DNA of 64,000 bases. Origin: Rhizophagus irregularis (taxonomy: Eukaryota). The notes below the pieces were generated by a model. That model was not told where the DNA came from and did not search any database. It was given only the letters and a program-made list of their open reading frames with translations. The position numbers were made by a program, and so were the translations under genes. Each line of letters starts with the position of its first letter. Position 1 is the stretch's first letter. The stretch is taken from positions 1,240,001-1,304,000 of the forward strand of contig NC_089436.1 of NCBI RefSeq assembly GCF_026210795.1. Direction: 5' to 3'. Of the stretch, positions 38,390-52,255 are shown piece by piece.

Positions 38390-39430
38390 AACTAGACCTT
38401 CTCCTGAAATACCTAAGGAAGTTTTTGAATATCTTAATAATGGTATAAAATATCTATATTCATTCTTATTTGTAAGGGTGGTCTTATATTTGGTGTCCGA
38501 GTCTTATGGAAAATTTCAATTGAACTGGAACTTGATGTCCACAAAAAAAAAATGGATTTTGATTGATAGATTATTATTTTTCTTCGAAGAACAATAATGG
38601 ATTAAGAGAATTGAGTACATATTATAATTAATTAGATATTGTAGTTGGCCAGTGAGTGCTACGTAAAATTAAAGATAAAATAAGTATTGGTTCGTTATAA
38701 AAGTGTGCGGTAATTTAACTCATTTAAACTTCAATTGATGAACAATCGACTTCATCAGATCTGATTTAAAAGAAAAAATCTAAAAGGTGTTAAAGGAATA
38801 ATTAATATAAAAGTGTTAGTTGATGATGATGATTTATATAAAGGAAATATCAAGTTGCTCGCAAAACTCTGCAAGAAAATAAAAATTCTTGAAATTGATT
38901 GTGGACGAGGGTTATGCTAACAGGCTAAATGATGTTCAAAAAGGATTAGAATGTCTTAATGTTAAAAAAGCCTGGAAGTCCATTATAATAGTTCTTAAAG
39001 AACAGGCGAGAACGTTAACTTGTGTAACTTTATCAGAGAGAGAAGATGTAAAACTTCATCACTTGGTATATTAGGAGTGCTAACGAATTTAAATTTATTA
39101 GAATTTACCGAATGGAATCTTGAATATCCTTCCAGGAAGATTATAGGGAAGATCCCAATCGACGAGATCAAGCTTCTGCATCAGAATTAGCCGAGAAGGT
39201 ATTTCCAAAATTGAGAAGTTTGTTTTTTGGTAACTCTGGGATCATCGCAAAAAATTTGATCAAATGATAGAAAATAATGGGAAAAGTCGAGGGAATTATG
39301 TATTAGCTGTCATGCATTTGAAAAGGAGGATTATTTGCAAAAGCTCCCATAACAATTTATGCAAATTGACCAGATCTTAAATCGTTTGAAATTTGAATTA
39401 TTAGGCGGGTATTTTTCACTTACATGTAAA
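38390..39430 (+). pseudogene. F-box(-LRR)-like pseudogene
   Basis: PEIPKEVFEYLNNGIKYLYSFLFV..VRVLWK resembles an F-box N-terminus; downstream LxxL-rich fragments contain stops and frameshifts. Confidence 0.55.
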
Positions 39431-39867
39431 AGATCGATCAATGAGTAATATGGTGATAGAATTTTAAATAGCTTTTAACGCTGTTTCAATTATAGACAAA
39501 ATCACAAAAAATAAAATATCTAATCGAATGAAATAGAACCTGTGCTATAGTATAAAAATTATAAAATAAAAGCGAGTTTATTGTCTAATATCAAAAAGAG
39601 ATTTTTTTATAAAAATTCCAATTTTCTATTACTTTTTTTATTTATTTTCTAATGTACCTAATGGCCTACCATATTTGTAGAGTATTTTGTCATTTACGAT
39701 TCAATTTTTTGAAATTTAAAAATACCTTTAATAAATAACCGTTCTAATGATTCGATCCTTCATTATCTCATTTATCCTTTGTTACTTTATATTCAATTGT
39801 AAACGTTCAGCTAACTCCTGTGAAAAATTATAATTATCTCCTGATCGCCACCGTTTACACAACTAAC

Positions 39868-40062
39868 CACCCCTTAAAAAAAGAAAATTGACATTGATCA
39901 CCGGAGATTTTCCTGCATTATTAGATAAAAATAATTATTATTAATTGTTCTATGAAAGGTTTGTGTAATGCTTTTTTTATAAGGAATCTACTTAAGTAAT
40001 TGAGATTTCTGCAAGAATTCTCCGGAAATCGCTAATAAGCAGCCTATTGATGTAGGAAATCG
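39868..40062. mobile_element. Truncated inverted copy of the CACCCC MITE at 33373-33596
   Basis: Reverse-complement identity over most of its length. Confidence 0.7.
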
Positions 40063-40078
40063 GGAATGAAAAACTGAC

Positions 40079-40265
40079 TTTTTTACCTCCCTTTCTTCCT
40101 CTCTCTTTCTCTCTACTTTCCCTTCCCTTTATTCCCTCTCTCTCTTTTTCGCTCTTCTCGCTCTTCTTTTCTTCCTTTTGTTCCCACTCTCGCTTCCTCT
40201 TCTCCCTTTTTCACTTCCCTTATCCTTTCTCTCCCTCCTTTTCTCCTTTCCTACTTCTCTCCCTA
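40079..40265. repeat. Polypyrimidine (CT-rich) low-complexity tract
   Basis: ~185 nt almost entirely C/T. Confidence 0.85.
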
Positions 40266-40472
40266 ATACTCATTTATTATATTCTTTTTTTGTCATCACG
40301 CTTAACTATCTAAAGAAATATGTAGATGTAAACATTTCCCTTATTTTTGGTACGTTGGAGAAGCATGATGCTATGCATGGGCAGGAGCATAGTATACTTA
40401 CCTTGTAAGCCTGTGGGTACCAGCTTTGTTGCAGTCTCATAGTGGAACTGGTTGGTAATTTTTTTTTTGGTG

Positions 40473-40659
40473 CCCTGTAAAAATGTTGATCCGTGTTTAT
40501 ATTTCCATGTTTTTTCCGTGAATGTATCATTTTCATGGAATTTACAGCCTTAAATCATGGAAATTTTCAACGGATATCCGTGAATGTATCATTTTCACGG
40601 AATTTTTACGAAAGCTACGGAGAAATATGGAAATATTCGGATAAAAATTTTTTATAGGG
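40473..40659. mobile_element. MITE, CCCTRTAAAAA family
   Basis: CCCTGTAAAAA...TTTTTATAGGG; internal CCGTG/CACGG repeats shared with 30379-30516. Confidence 0.75.
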
Positions 40660-42561
40660 CTATACGAGGGTTGGAGCATATAGTGTAGCTCGTGAATACT
40701 AGTTATTGCTGCGGGTTGGTGTGGAACGATGAATAATAAAAGTTTCTACAGGGTGCACTTCTTAGGAAGTCCCTTTGTGATAGCTAGGACCGGAATACTT
40801 TGTAATTAACATATTAATGACAAAAAAACAAAATAATGAAACTTTATTCTAAGGATTAAGCGAATTGTTTGTAATGTTACACATACTGACACTGATTATT
40901 CGAATTTTTTTAGTGGCACATATTTAATATAACTTATTTGTAAGACCCTATAGGACCGAGAATCTACAGTATGTAGCACTAAAAGATAATGTCGCGGTAA
41001 ACTTGAGAATATGTGGACGTCCCGAATATCATTTGGACATTCTCACTTTTAATTATTGTACATAAGAAAAAAATATGATTATTCTGAAGTATTTTTCGGT
41101 TTATTCTCTTTATTCAATCTATTCAACACAATCCAAAAAAGAAAATTTATATTATAAATTTGGCGATTTTACATATTTGTTGATTTACATTTGGTATCCA
41201 AAAAAATAATCGACGACCTACTTGTTTAACAATCTAACAAGGAATAATAAAGAAGTCACCGGTCACCATTCTAAAAACTTTTTTCATTTAATAACTCAAT
41301 CTTGTATAATATCATATTATTATGTTTTAAATGACCAATAATGACCAAATGTTATCACTACCGGTCATATGTTATATAGATGAAATATCCCGATGAAAGT
41401 TTGTTTATATTATCGTGACATCAGGTGAGTGTATCGTAGCAATCGTACTCATATAAATGATTATAAACTTTTTAAGCTTGAAAATATTTCAATCTAAACC
41501 TTTTTAAATTTGGCGGAAAAAGAATTTTTGATAGGACGAATAGATTTCTTAAAAATCCCAGTGTCACAAATGCTTTCCCCAACCCTTCCTATTTAGATGG
41601 TACAACGGTATCACTCACGTGGAATTTTTTATCCAAAAAAATACTAAGTAATTTCATAAATGGCATATTTTTTTCGGATTATAATTGTGTGACTTCCAGA
41701 ATTGTAATTTAAATGGCATTTATATAATAAATTCGTAAATTATTCATCGTATCATTATCGTAGAAGTGGCGCTTGTCAAAAAAAAAAAGAAGTGGAAATT
41801 TTACGAATTTTACTTTTTTGAAAATAATGATCACCAAAATTAAACCTTAATTAGTATAGTTGAAATCTAGAATGATAATCTGTGTTTTTCTTATTTTCTA
41901 GACTTCATGTTTTTATTGATTATGTAATTTATATCTTAACGGTTACTCCCTATTTTTCTTAATAAATACATATCAGATTTCATTATTAAACACTTAATTT
42001 TTTTTATTATATAACAGATAATATAAGTTACAATAAACTTTACCCGTACATCGTTCCATATCCTTCGATTATTTTTCTCTAATTATTTTTCTAATTCTTC
42101 ATATTTTTTTTTTGTATTGTTTCTTATTATGTTTTCTTTTTTAAAATTCCTTGAGTTAACTAAGCCCAGTTAGTTAATATTCACCCATTTTTGTTCATAT
42201 TGTACGTAAATTTAGGTTATTTTCCATGTAAATCTTGGTTTACTAAAAATTATTTAATAGAAATTTCTGGCGTGATGGTAAGACAAAAATGAACGAATCA
42301 AAAGAAATTACTTTCATAACTTACCAAATTAGAAATTAATGATTTTCAGGTTAACTTATTCATTTGTCACACGTAACTCCCATTTTTTCATGTATCACGT
42401 AGTATAGTTGACAATCTAATATATATATAAAGGTTAGTAATTTTACTTTATTTTTTTTTTTCATGAGAATTTTATTCACCTGCTAATTATTTTTTTCTTT
42501 TTCAATTTCTTAAATGGCTTGAAAACAAGCGAGAACTAACAAAGACAATCGTTAATTCTAA

Positions 42562-44291
42562 ATGCCGGCTTGCAATTATCATAATCCTCTAATTTTGTTA
42601 AGTATTTTTAAAATACTTAAAAATGTGAAATTCCTGACGAAATTAGTTAGATGGAGATTTGTTTTTCGTCAAAATCGGTTAATTCTTCCTTTATTTATTC
42701 AACTTGCTGTACTGATGAGAATCGGATTTACGAGAGAGCTTGCTTTTGCTTTATTTCACGCTCTTACTTCTGAAGAAATGTACCTTGATAAAACATTATC
42801 TTCTCAATTAAATCCCGACGATATTAAAGTTATTAGTAACGAAAATACAAATACAGAAGAAATTTATGAATATCCTAAAGGTGACTCGTGCAAAGTTTGT
42901 AAAAAGAAGTATGAATCCACTTTTAATTGGTGTGTTGTATGTGATATAAAACGACTTCAAGATGATTTTCCAAATTGGAGTAGCGGACATCAAGAATTAG
43001 ATAAGATTATAAGGAAAAATCAATTAAATGCTGATAGTCATACGAATTATATTGAATGGATCCCTTACGAAAAATTTACAGATATTAAGAAAATTAGTGA
43101 AGGTGGATTCGGAATTGTATATTCTGCCACATGGATTGAAGGTCCAAGATGGAAATGGGATGATGAGAAAATGCAATGGGTTGCTTATGGTCCAAGAAAG
43201 ATTGCGCTTAAAACTCTTAAGTGTGATATTATCACTAAAAGACGTGAAGAATTCTTCAAAGAAGTATGAATAAAATTTATTTAATATTAAAATAAAAAGT
43301 TAATTTTTGTTAACTTTATCAATAAAAAAATTTTTAGGTTGAGTATCATTCAATTTGCGTTGGTATAAAGAGAATAGTTCATTGCTTTGGTGTCACTCGC
43401 AATCCGGATACGGGAAATTATATGATGGTTACTAACTTTGCAAATGAAGGTAACTTATCCCGATTTAAAGTGATCTATATATTGCATCAATTTGATTCGA
43501 ACTTTTCTTTCATCTCCAGGTGATTTGGCTTCTTATATTAAAAAGCATCAACAAGAATTGACATGGGAACGTATCCTTCGTTTATCCCGTGATATCGCTA
43601 AAGCTCTTAGAGAACTCCATAGAAAAGTAAGTTTTAGATAAATTGTAAAGATATTGTTCATTATTTTTAACTGCTAAATTTACCAATGAGCATTTTATTT
43701 TATTTTTGCTAGGAGCTTATTCATTGTGACCTTCATAGTGGTAATATCCTGAATCACGTGACATGTTATGGAATCACATGGACTTGGATTGCGGACTTAG
43801 GATTATGTTTGAAAGAGGAAGCAAGTCAAACGAGGAATCAAGTTTACGGAAGATTCGAATATATTGCACCTGAAGTGCATCGACAAAAATTATATTCAAA
43901 AGCTGCAGATGTATATTCTTTTGGAATTATACTTTGGGAATTAACATCTTGTCGTACACCATTCTCTGACATGATACGAGATATAGCTCTTGAACTTGAA
44001 ATTATTAAAGGAAAGAGACCAAATATAGTTGAAGGTACACCACCAGCCTTTGCTAAACTTATGCAAGATTGCTGGCACGAAGATCCGAATTTACGGCCTA
44101 ATATGGAAGATGTATATAAAAGAATTTGGAGTTTTTCAAATTCAATAATTAAAGGAAATCGTAAAGATAGATATGGATTTAAGGCTGCAGAAGAGGACAG
44201 ATCTTTTAGATTACAATCTATGACAAAACAAATAAATCCGAAATTTACCTATGGTCGAATTTTATCTGGTAAATTTTCGAAAACTTTGTAG
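42562..44291 (+). CDS. TKL-type protein kinase, catalytically intact (exons ..-43263, 43338-43449, 43520-43626, 43713-44291; start codon uncertain)
   Basis: GT-AG introns keep the frame; motifs EGGFGIVY, IALK, HCDLHSGN, DLG, APE, DVYSFG; N-terminal CKVC..WCVVCD. Confidence 0.9.
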
Positions 44292-44924
44292 AAGAGTTTT
44301 TCAGGAAAATAATAAATTCATTAATATTTTTATATATTTAATTTTCTAGATGTTAACTATTTAAGTACAAAGATTATAATTTGTAAGCAAAAATTATAAA
44401 ATAAAAATAAGGTTAAATAATAAATTATTAAAATATTAATCGTATGTCTTTAATTGCGATTCCTTATAGATACTCCAATACCATCAACGATTAGAAGTAT
44501 TATGGACAGTTGTTGTATTAAGGATTCAACCAATAATATCAAGAAGGAAAGCAAAGCAACAGAAAATCAGAAATTGCTGTTTAAGGTTAACTCAGGACGT
44601 GGAATGGAAATAGTTGTAGGAAGTAGTAGTATTTTGAGTTTACCGCCTATAATTATTCATAGTCAGCTTTTTGATTAACTTTGTAAATATATTATATAAA
44701 TTATATTAACATATCATAATTGGTAAGTAAAATTATAAAATATAAATTGCTGGCAATTTAAATTCAATATTACCAATTATATTGTAAATGATTGTTATAT
44801 TCACAGATCTTAAATATTCAAATAAATTATGTTAAGGTTTTATATATTAGTTTCTATAATTAAAAAGTTTTGGCCATGCAACTCTGGCAACTCTGGAGAA
44901 AAATTTTCCTTACTCAAATATGAT

Positions 44925-45096
44925 CACTTTCTCTATAGCGAATTTTTATATAGTGAATAACTTGCTATAATGAAGAAAAGTTCAGGTACAGATTTTTTTT
45001 ATATATAATAAAATGATCCCCAGTATAGTGAATTTCTCATTATAACGAATTTTAATCTTCAGCCCATGAGATTCACCATAGCGAGGGTGAACTGTA
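44925..45096. mobile_element. Degenerate Tc1/pogo-like MITE
   Basis: Right end GCGAGGGTGAACTGTA and recurring CTATAG(C/T)GAA motifs; left end decayed. Confidence 0.4.
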
Positions 45097-46405
45097 GAGA
45101 GGGAGAATTTGCGAAACATTCAGCTTATAACTTTTTTTTATTCTTTTACTTTATATTATTAACATAAATGTCAATGATTTAGTAAGAATATACATGAATA
45201 TAAAGAAAATCAGAAATCGTGTCGTTACACCACGTTATCAATGTTAATACTTAATCAGTTAATGGATTTATTAGTGCGGTGACATATATGACATATTACG
45301 TAACGTCAGTTTAATAGACATGTAGCTAGTGACAAAAATCTTACGTTACACATATAATAAATCATGTCATGTGATCTAAAATTGTTATTTTAATTGGTCT
45401 ATCATAATTATTGTTGATCATATGGACGGTCACGTTTTAAATTTTAATTCGTCCTCAAATAAAAAAGTTAATTTTCAAACCAGTTTCAATCCAGGTTTTA
45501 GCTTCTGGTTAGACATAAATTTGAGCATTGAACAGTTAATCGGTAGTTAACCTATTTACACATCCCTAATTAGGATTATCTCAGGGTTCAGAAATTTCAT
45601 CGGAACTACGATTATACACATTTTAATTATTTTGTTTACGTTATGAAGTTCTATGAATAGAACATTTTAGATGTTTCTAGTAGGTTTAGTTTCACAATTC
45701 GGAAATTGCCGATATATCATTTTTAATTTGTATTTCATGGATTAAGAAGTTCAAACAAATTCTTTTTTTTTTTATTTTTTTTGCGTTTACTCTCAAAAGT
45801 AGATATTGTTTAAAATCTAATCACGTGCAACGTATAAACACGGTTATTTTGTTAGTCTATTATTCAATTAAAAAATATTTTTATGGGAGTCCTAGATATT
45901 GGTTTACAGTTCATTTGATTGTAATTATTTTAATTGAATATATATTTAAAATTTGTATGTATATTTAATAATATTCAAAAACTTAAAGCAATCTTAGTAA
46001 AAATATTAATAAAAAAAAAAAGTGAATAAGGATTTCTTGTTAAACTAATAAAATAATAAAATTTGTTAAAGCTTAATTGAATTTTGTGTTAAAATTTTAG
46101 AAATTCATAATTAGTTATATAACAACACTCGAGAAATATTTACTAGTACATTACGATGAAATTCAGTTTGTGATTCCTCATGTATGATGACAACGAAAAA
46201 AAACGTAGTTAAAAAAAGAAATTCGGTTATAATAATCAGCGTTAAAATGGGTTAAAAGAATTGGAAAATATTTTTCTTTTAATCTATGCCAATTTTTTCC
46301 TACCATAATTTTACTTAATGATTTTAGCAAAAGCCAATTATATATTGTGCTTATAATACCGACGTAATACGAATTTATATGAAATTATTTTGTTGAAGCT
46401 TAAAA

Positions 46406-47074
46406 TTATTGAAATCTTCTTGTTGGCAGTCCATTTGTATCTTGGTGAGTAATATGTTCATTGCTTGAAAAATCACTATCATTATAATTTTGATTGTCTG
46501 CCATTGATGAAACGGTTTGTGTTATCATTTCATTATTCCCGACGTCATTTGTGTTTCTATCACAGATCATTCGATAGAAAAGTTTTTGTTTCAAGTTATG
46601 TTCAAGATTGAATTTTTGATCTAAAGACAACGGGTTTGTATCAAAATTCATTCCACACACTTCATTATTCAAAATGGTTTCTACTAATGAGTATGAAAGT
46701 AATTTACAAGTAACATGATATCTTATAGAGGGATAACTTGGATGCTGGTAAAAAAATTCATGATCATAATGATTATGGTCATTAAAAGTATCTTGTAAAA
46801 TGATTTTACAAATTACAAGATAAAAATTGACATCATTTGGCGAAAAATAATAAAACTTTAAATAGTTTAATACTTGTTGTTGCATAGTATGCGTTGCTAT
46901 ATCGAAAGTAGTAAAGTTACATGATATATCAGTCATATTTCCATGAGACGTTATTGAAGATTCTTGACTTTGCGTAGTTTGTTGAATTGCGGTAGAAAAA
47001 TCAAATGATTCATCAGTTTCAATGGAATTATTATAAATAAACGATTGTCGTAAATTTTCATCCATATTATTCAT
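46406..47074 (-). CDS. Unknown-function protein U2 (222 aa, intronless; YFSPND..FFYQHP..YHVTCK motifs)
   Basis: Intact ORF; a diverged paralog U1 and a decayed third copy are in the window. Confidence 0.75.
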   Translation of the reverse strand: MNNMDENLRQSFIYNNSIETDESFDFSTAIQQTTQSQESSITSHGNMTDISCNFTTFDIATHTMQQQVLNYLKFYYFSPNDVNFYLVICKIILQDTFNDHNHYDHEFFYQHPSYPSIRYHVTCKLLSYSLVETILNNEVCGMNFDTNPLSLDQKFNLEHNLKQKLFYRMICDRNTNDVGNNEMITQTVSSMADNQNYNDSDFSSNEHITHQDTNGLPTRRFQ

Positions 47075-47159
47075 ATTGTCTTTATATGAAATAATGAGAA
47101 CAGTTAATTATATCTCTTAAATATAAATACAGTATTACTACTCGAAGATTTATCTATTA

Positions 47160-47466
47160 GGCCACACAAATTCAATTTTTCGGTTCACGTAACATTGAAA
47201 TTTAAAATCGACCCGGGGACCCGGGGTTTATTGTTTATTAGTAAAAAAAGTTTATATATAAAATTGTGACATTTGATTGGTTGACTTTTAAAAGGGAGGA
47301 ATTTATTTTCGCTCTAGAAGTTCTCAGCCGCGTGATAAACTTACCCGCCAATAAAATTACGTTCTGATCACATGATAAATTTTTTATATATAAACTTTTT
47401 TTTATTGAAATTTGAAAAAGTGACCCGGCCGGGTGAAGTGAACCGAAAATTCGAATTTGTGTGGCC
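47160..47466. mobile_element. PIF/Harbinger (Tourist)-type MITE ~85 bp upstream of U2
   Basis: TIR GGCCACACAAATTC.ATTTT.CGGTTCAC; TTA TSD at 47157-47159 and 47467-47469. Confidence 0.88.
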
Positions 47467-50341
47467 TTATGTAAAAATGAAATGGAGAATAAAGAAAAAA
47501 AATATTTGTATATATCCTCCAGGATACGATTTTTTGGTTTTATCGTTATATATATAAAAAAGAAAAATTTATAGATATGAATAATTTGAAAAAGAAAAAT
47601 CATTTCCGGGTGTCATTTGCCTAACCTTATCGATTTTAGTATAAGTTACTACTTATTCATGATAAAGATTGATAATAATTTGAAATTAATCCGACGAATT
47701 GCAGTTTGCATTTTCAGATCACTGATCAAAAAAAAAGAAATTATATTATCGTTTTTGTTTTCCTTTTTTTTCAGTCTGCTTTTTTATCATAAGATTTTTA
47801 AATTTTGGAATAAACTTTTAAACTTTATTTCTTATATCTCGAGCAAATATCAACCGACAAGCCATTTGGCGTTTTTTTTTATTAAATTAGATATTTATTC
47901 TTAATTAGTTGTATTAAAGGAAACTTTTTTGCTGATCTATTTGTGTCACTGCTGCAAAATAGCGGAGGACCTGCCAAAAAACAGCAGATCCCCCGCTGAA
48001 GATAGTGGACTTCTGGCATAAAAATATCTGCTCATAGAATACAATAAGTCCTACTTCATATTGTTTTATTAAATAAAATTTCGATAATTATAGGACCAAA
48101 TAAAAATCTTAAAAAGGTGGAATAAAAAAATCTTAAAAGGTAACATTGCAATGATTATTTAAAGATGTACATTTGTGCATACACATAAGTGCATGAGTTT
48201 TGGCGAAAATTTCTGTAATTAGGATAGTCTTAATACACGAAATTACGTAATTACTTCTGAAAATATTTTACATTAAACTACATTAACTACATTAACTTTG
48301 AAAAAAACTATCTTTAGGAATAATGCCCATGAAACCATGTGAAATAATAGATTTTTTTAACGTCAAGAATGCCCACGAGGTAATCGCATTTTGATCGCAT
48401 TTTTTGCATGTGAATATTGAATGAACAAGGTTTTTTAAACAATAACGCAAATAATGATTAATCAATTTCCAAAGATTTCCAAATTCGACTATTTCAATAG
48501 TCAAAAATATAAGACTTTCCGAAAATACATGACTAAAATTATTTAAAGTTTCACAGAGTAGATTCGCATCACATTGCAGATAGCAAATGCGATAAGTGAG
48601 ATATAATATTATAAGCTTTTTTTTCTTTATGATTATCAACTGTTACATTAAAAGCTAGCACGAAAGGCAATACAGTATATTTATTTATTTATTTATTTTT
48701 GTTTACACAATACGATTGAGTTCAGATTAATATTTAGAATTTTTGGGGGGAATTTTACATGGCAATTTATCAAAAGAGATGAAAAATTGATATGATAAAG
48801 TGAAGTATGTCAAAATTATATGATTAAATTTTCTTGCAGTAGATCAGGCAGGATTCAGGATTGTTCTCTGGAAAATAATTAGCCCTGTAAAAAATGGACA
48901 ACCTTAAGTCACAAAAAGATTTCGGGAATTCCAGAAAAAGAATTTTATTAATTAAATAGTATTACAGACGTAAAATTCTGAATCAAGCTAAAATTATCAC
49001 ATTCCAATCTATTAATTGCATAATAATTAAAATTAAAGAAATGATTCCAAATTAAATATGTAGAAAGTTTAAACGGGATAACGAAATTTAATTTTATTCT
49101 TTTTTACGTTCACCTCGGAAATAAGTCTTGTGGCTACAAAGGCCCGAATTATACATATCACTTGCTATCATCAAAAAAGGGAGGATCTACACGTTATTTG
49201 ATTAATTTTGGCGCAGTATTATATTTAATTTTTAAATTTACTGCGATCCGAAATGACCTTAAACTATTGGAGAATTTATTTTAGTAATAAGATTCTTTTT
49301 CCGGGATGATGTTAACTACTAAGGAATTACTTTCTTATTTTAGTAATGTAGATCACATGTGTACAAAAGGTTATTCTGACAACGAAGCGGTCAGGAAGAC
49401 CTAAATCCAATTTTTGGGGAAATTTTATTTTATTAATCCATCTGATTTTTAATTTAATTGGTTCTATTATTCTTTTGGAAAGAATTAATTTAATTCGTTC
49501 TTCTTATTTTAATTAATTCTATTTGATTTTTATTGGTTCGATTATAATTTTGTTTTCACATAAATAGGTTTTGAATTTATTTACCTAAAATTTAATTTCT
49601 TTCCTAAAATTTTTATTTTATTATTATTATTTTGAATTTGGGAAATATATTTTTAACTACTAATTAATACAATTTACCCTTCGCATACCATCCGGTGGCA
49701 ATGATTTAGCAAATCATGCAACGTAATGGTCCCTACATTGCTTCGATCGAAGTTCTGAGAACTTCGTAACAAAGAAAACGGTGCAGTATATCTCGGATTA
49801 TCCCGTTACGGAATCATCCAATTGTAAAGTTTCTCTCATGACTCATTGTTACTTACAATAAGATAAAGTTATATTAGATTATAAATTACTAATTACGGTT
49901 AAATATTTTTCCAGCCTGTTTTACCAATGCATTACTTTACTGTATTAAAAGTTATAATTAAGCACCCTATTCATATAATTCCGACAAATTCATCATTACT
50001 TATATAAGAATCTTGTGTTAGTATATTATGAAATTTAAATTTATAAAATTTATCCTGTTTTTATGGAACTGAATTTAATGTGACTCTCGTATTATTAACA
50101 AATATACGAAAACGTAACGGATTATCTTTTTTTTATTTAAATTCCTTTAAATATTTTTGTTTTAGTACCATCTCGATATCATTTCGCTGACCTAAAAAAA
50201 GTATTAATTGGAATATTAAAAATACAAGAATTCTAACAAGAACTTCTATCCACTAAAAAGAATAGATATATCAAAGGTATTAAAAATTTATATTTGAACT
50301 TTGCATATTTTTCCATTACGCCTACGATGGCACAACCTCAT

Positions 50342-51129
50342 GGGTTCGGTATATTTCACCGAAAATCATTTCACCGAATTTTAATCTTTTACCGTAATTC
50401 GATAACATAGCCACAATTATTAATTTAATATTCAATGGTTTTTTATTGTAAAAAAATGGGGAGTCTGGTTCTAGCAATAAGGATTAACAATGGTTAATCA
50501 TGTTTATTTTTTTTTTTAGATATTTCGTTATTAACGTAATATTTTTTATATTTCATCCATAGGAGTCATTTTATACCTTTTATAGTAGATTAAATTAAAC
50601 CTTTTAACAATTTAGAATAGAGTGAACCACTCCACCTCTGACAGTATTTACAGGTGGCAACCATTAGGTTTGAAAGAAAAATACGGATCATTTACGTGAT
50701 TGTTTTATGTATAGTAGTTTTTTACAAATCGTTGTCACAACCTACTACTAGATTATCCTGAACCTTTCTTGTTCTTGTCTATTCAGGCTTGGTCGGAGCC
50801 CTGAATAGTTTTTTTCTTTTTTCTTTTTTCTAGTAAGGGTCCGCTCCATATTGATTTGGACAAACTGAAGTTATTCGTTAGAATAGTGATGTGATTTTCA
50901 TTGTAATTCTCCTTACTATCCATAAAATAAAATAAAATAAATAAATAAATTGTTTATAATGCTATTTTTTTTTGTATTTTTTACTGATATTTTTAGTTGT
51001 CAGTGAAATGATCCTGTCGGTGAAATGATCGTCGGTAAAACAACTGTAGGTGAAACGACCCTGTCGGTGAAATGACTGTCGGTAAGTTGATTGTCGGTGA
51101 GACGATTTTCGGTGAAATAAATGCGTCCC
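50342..51129. mobile_element. Non-autonomous Mutator-like element with TTTCACCGA subterminal arrays
   Basis: GGG...CCC termini; 9-bp TSD CAACCTCAT at 50333-50341 and 51130-51138. Confidence 0.88.
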
Positions 51130-51234
51130 CAACCTCATACCATTTACTGTATTTGTCATGATTAAGGGATAATAAGATAAATTTTAGAAAACTTACTACT
51201 TATTACTGTTATCTGTTATGCGCATGCATATCAG

Positions 51235-51539
51235 CTTTGTTATTTTTCTTATGGTAAATTTATAGAATTTAATTTATTAGTAGTAGTGTAGTTATTTTAA
51301 GGAGTAGTAGTTGTTAGTTATAACGCTATTAAGGTTGATATGTCTTCCGGTAGTCCATCGGATAGGTGGGTGAAAGTTGTTATGGGTCGGCAGTGGGACT
51401 TAGATAGCCTCGTAGAGCAATTAAATCTTCCCCCCACAACTATTTAGTAACTAGTTAGCTAGATCTTTATTGTTGTAACTCGCGTTTTTATATCTTTTTT
51501 ATTATAAAAATTTATGAGTTGAACTTTTAAAAAAAAAAC
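51235..51539 (+). mobile_element. Short retroposed 3' end (truncated LINE or SINE) with polyA
   Basis: A10 tail at 51529-51538; 16-bp TSD TGCGCATGCATATCAG at 51219-51234, right copy split between 51540-51547 and 52260-52267. Confidence 0.75.
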
Positions 51540-51547
51540 TGCGCATG

Positions 51548-52255
51548 TGTTACCACCGGTTTTTGGCGTTCGGTCAGGTAACAGAAAGAAATATAAGGAT
51601 CGGTTAACAAATGACAGGGTAATATGACGTTCATTAGATATCAGGCGTTAAAGCAAATCGGTTAATGCATGTGCAAACAATAAGCAATTGATAAATAAAT
51701 GATAACGAAGTGAAACGTGTATATATTAATCTGTTTATAATCGGACTTAAATGGTGTATAAGTAATAAAACAATATGTAACAAAAGGTCAATAAAAGATA
51801 ATAAACACTTTAAAGAAACAAACGAGTTGTAATAAATCGGAAACAAACAGGCGGGTTTATTAACACTTGAACAAAATACGATATTACTGCCTCTATCGGC
51901 GCTCTGTGATATCTGTATATCTATCTTTTGAAAATACAACCTACACGAACTGCTCAAAACTACTCCTCACCCATCGGTCCTTTTTAAATCGTTAAAAATC
52001 TGGTGCGAATCTGACTATCGAACAGATTTGCCACCCGGCCAATCTCACGCACCTCCCGGCCAAATGTGGCGATTGGTCGTATTTGTCTATTAAGCCACCT
52101 TTAATTCCGTCAGCCACTTTCCCACCGCTAAGCTTCCGATTTTATCTAATCGTTAAATAACTAAAAATATCTCTATGTAACATAACTAAAAATAAACTAA
52201 TAATAAATAATAAATAAAAATAAAAAAAAGAAAAAAATATATCCCGTGACTGACA
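51548..52255. mobile_element. TGT...ACA element with 4-bp TSD (solo LTR or Ginger-like)
   Basis: TGTTACCACCGG...CCCGTGACTGACA; CATG at 51544-51547 and 52256-52259. Confidence 0.8.

Larger units (their letters stand above)
45565..51150 (-). repeat. Segmental duplication unit U2 (includes a diverged copy of the K 5' flank at ~48040-51150)
   Basis: Inverse of U1; 48040-50320 is inverse to K1 ~700-3330 (e.g. ATACGAAAACGTAACGGATTATCTT). Confidence 0.85.

Noticed and set aside
40178..40408. Leu/Ser/Pro-rich ORF resembling a signal peptide
   Set aside because: Translation of the CT-rich tract.
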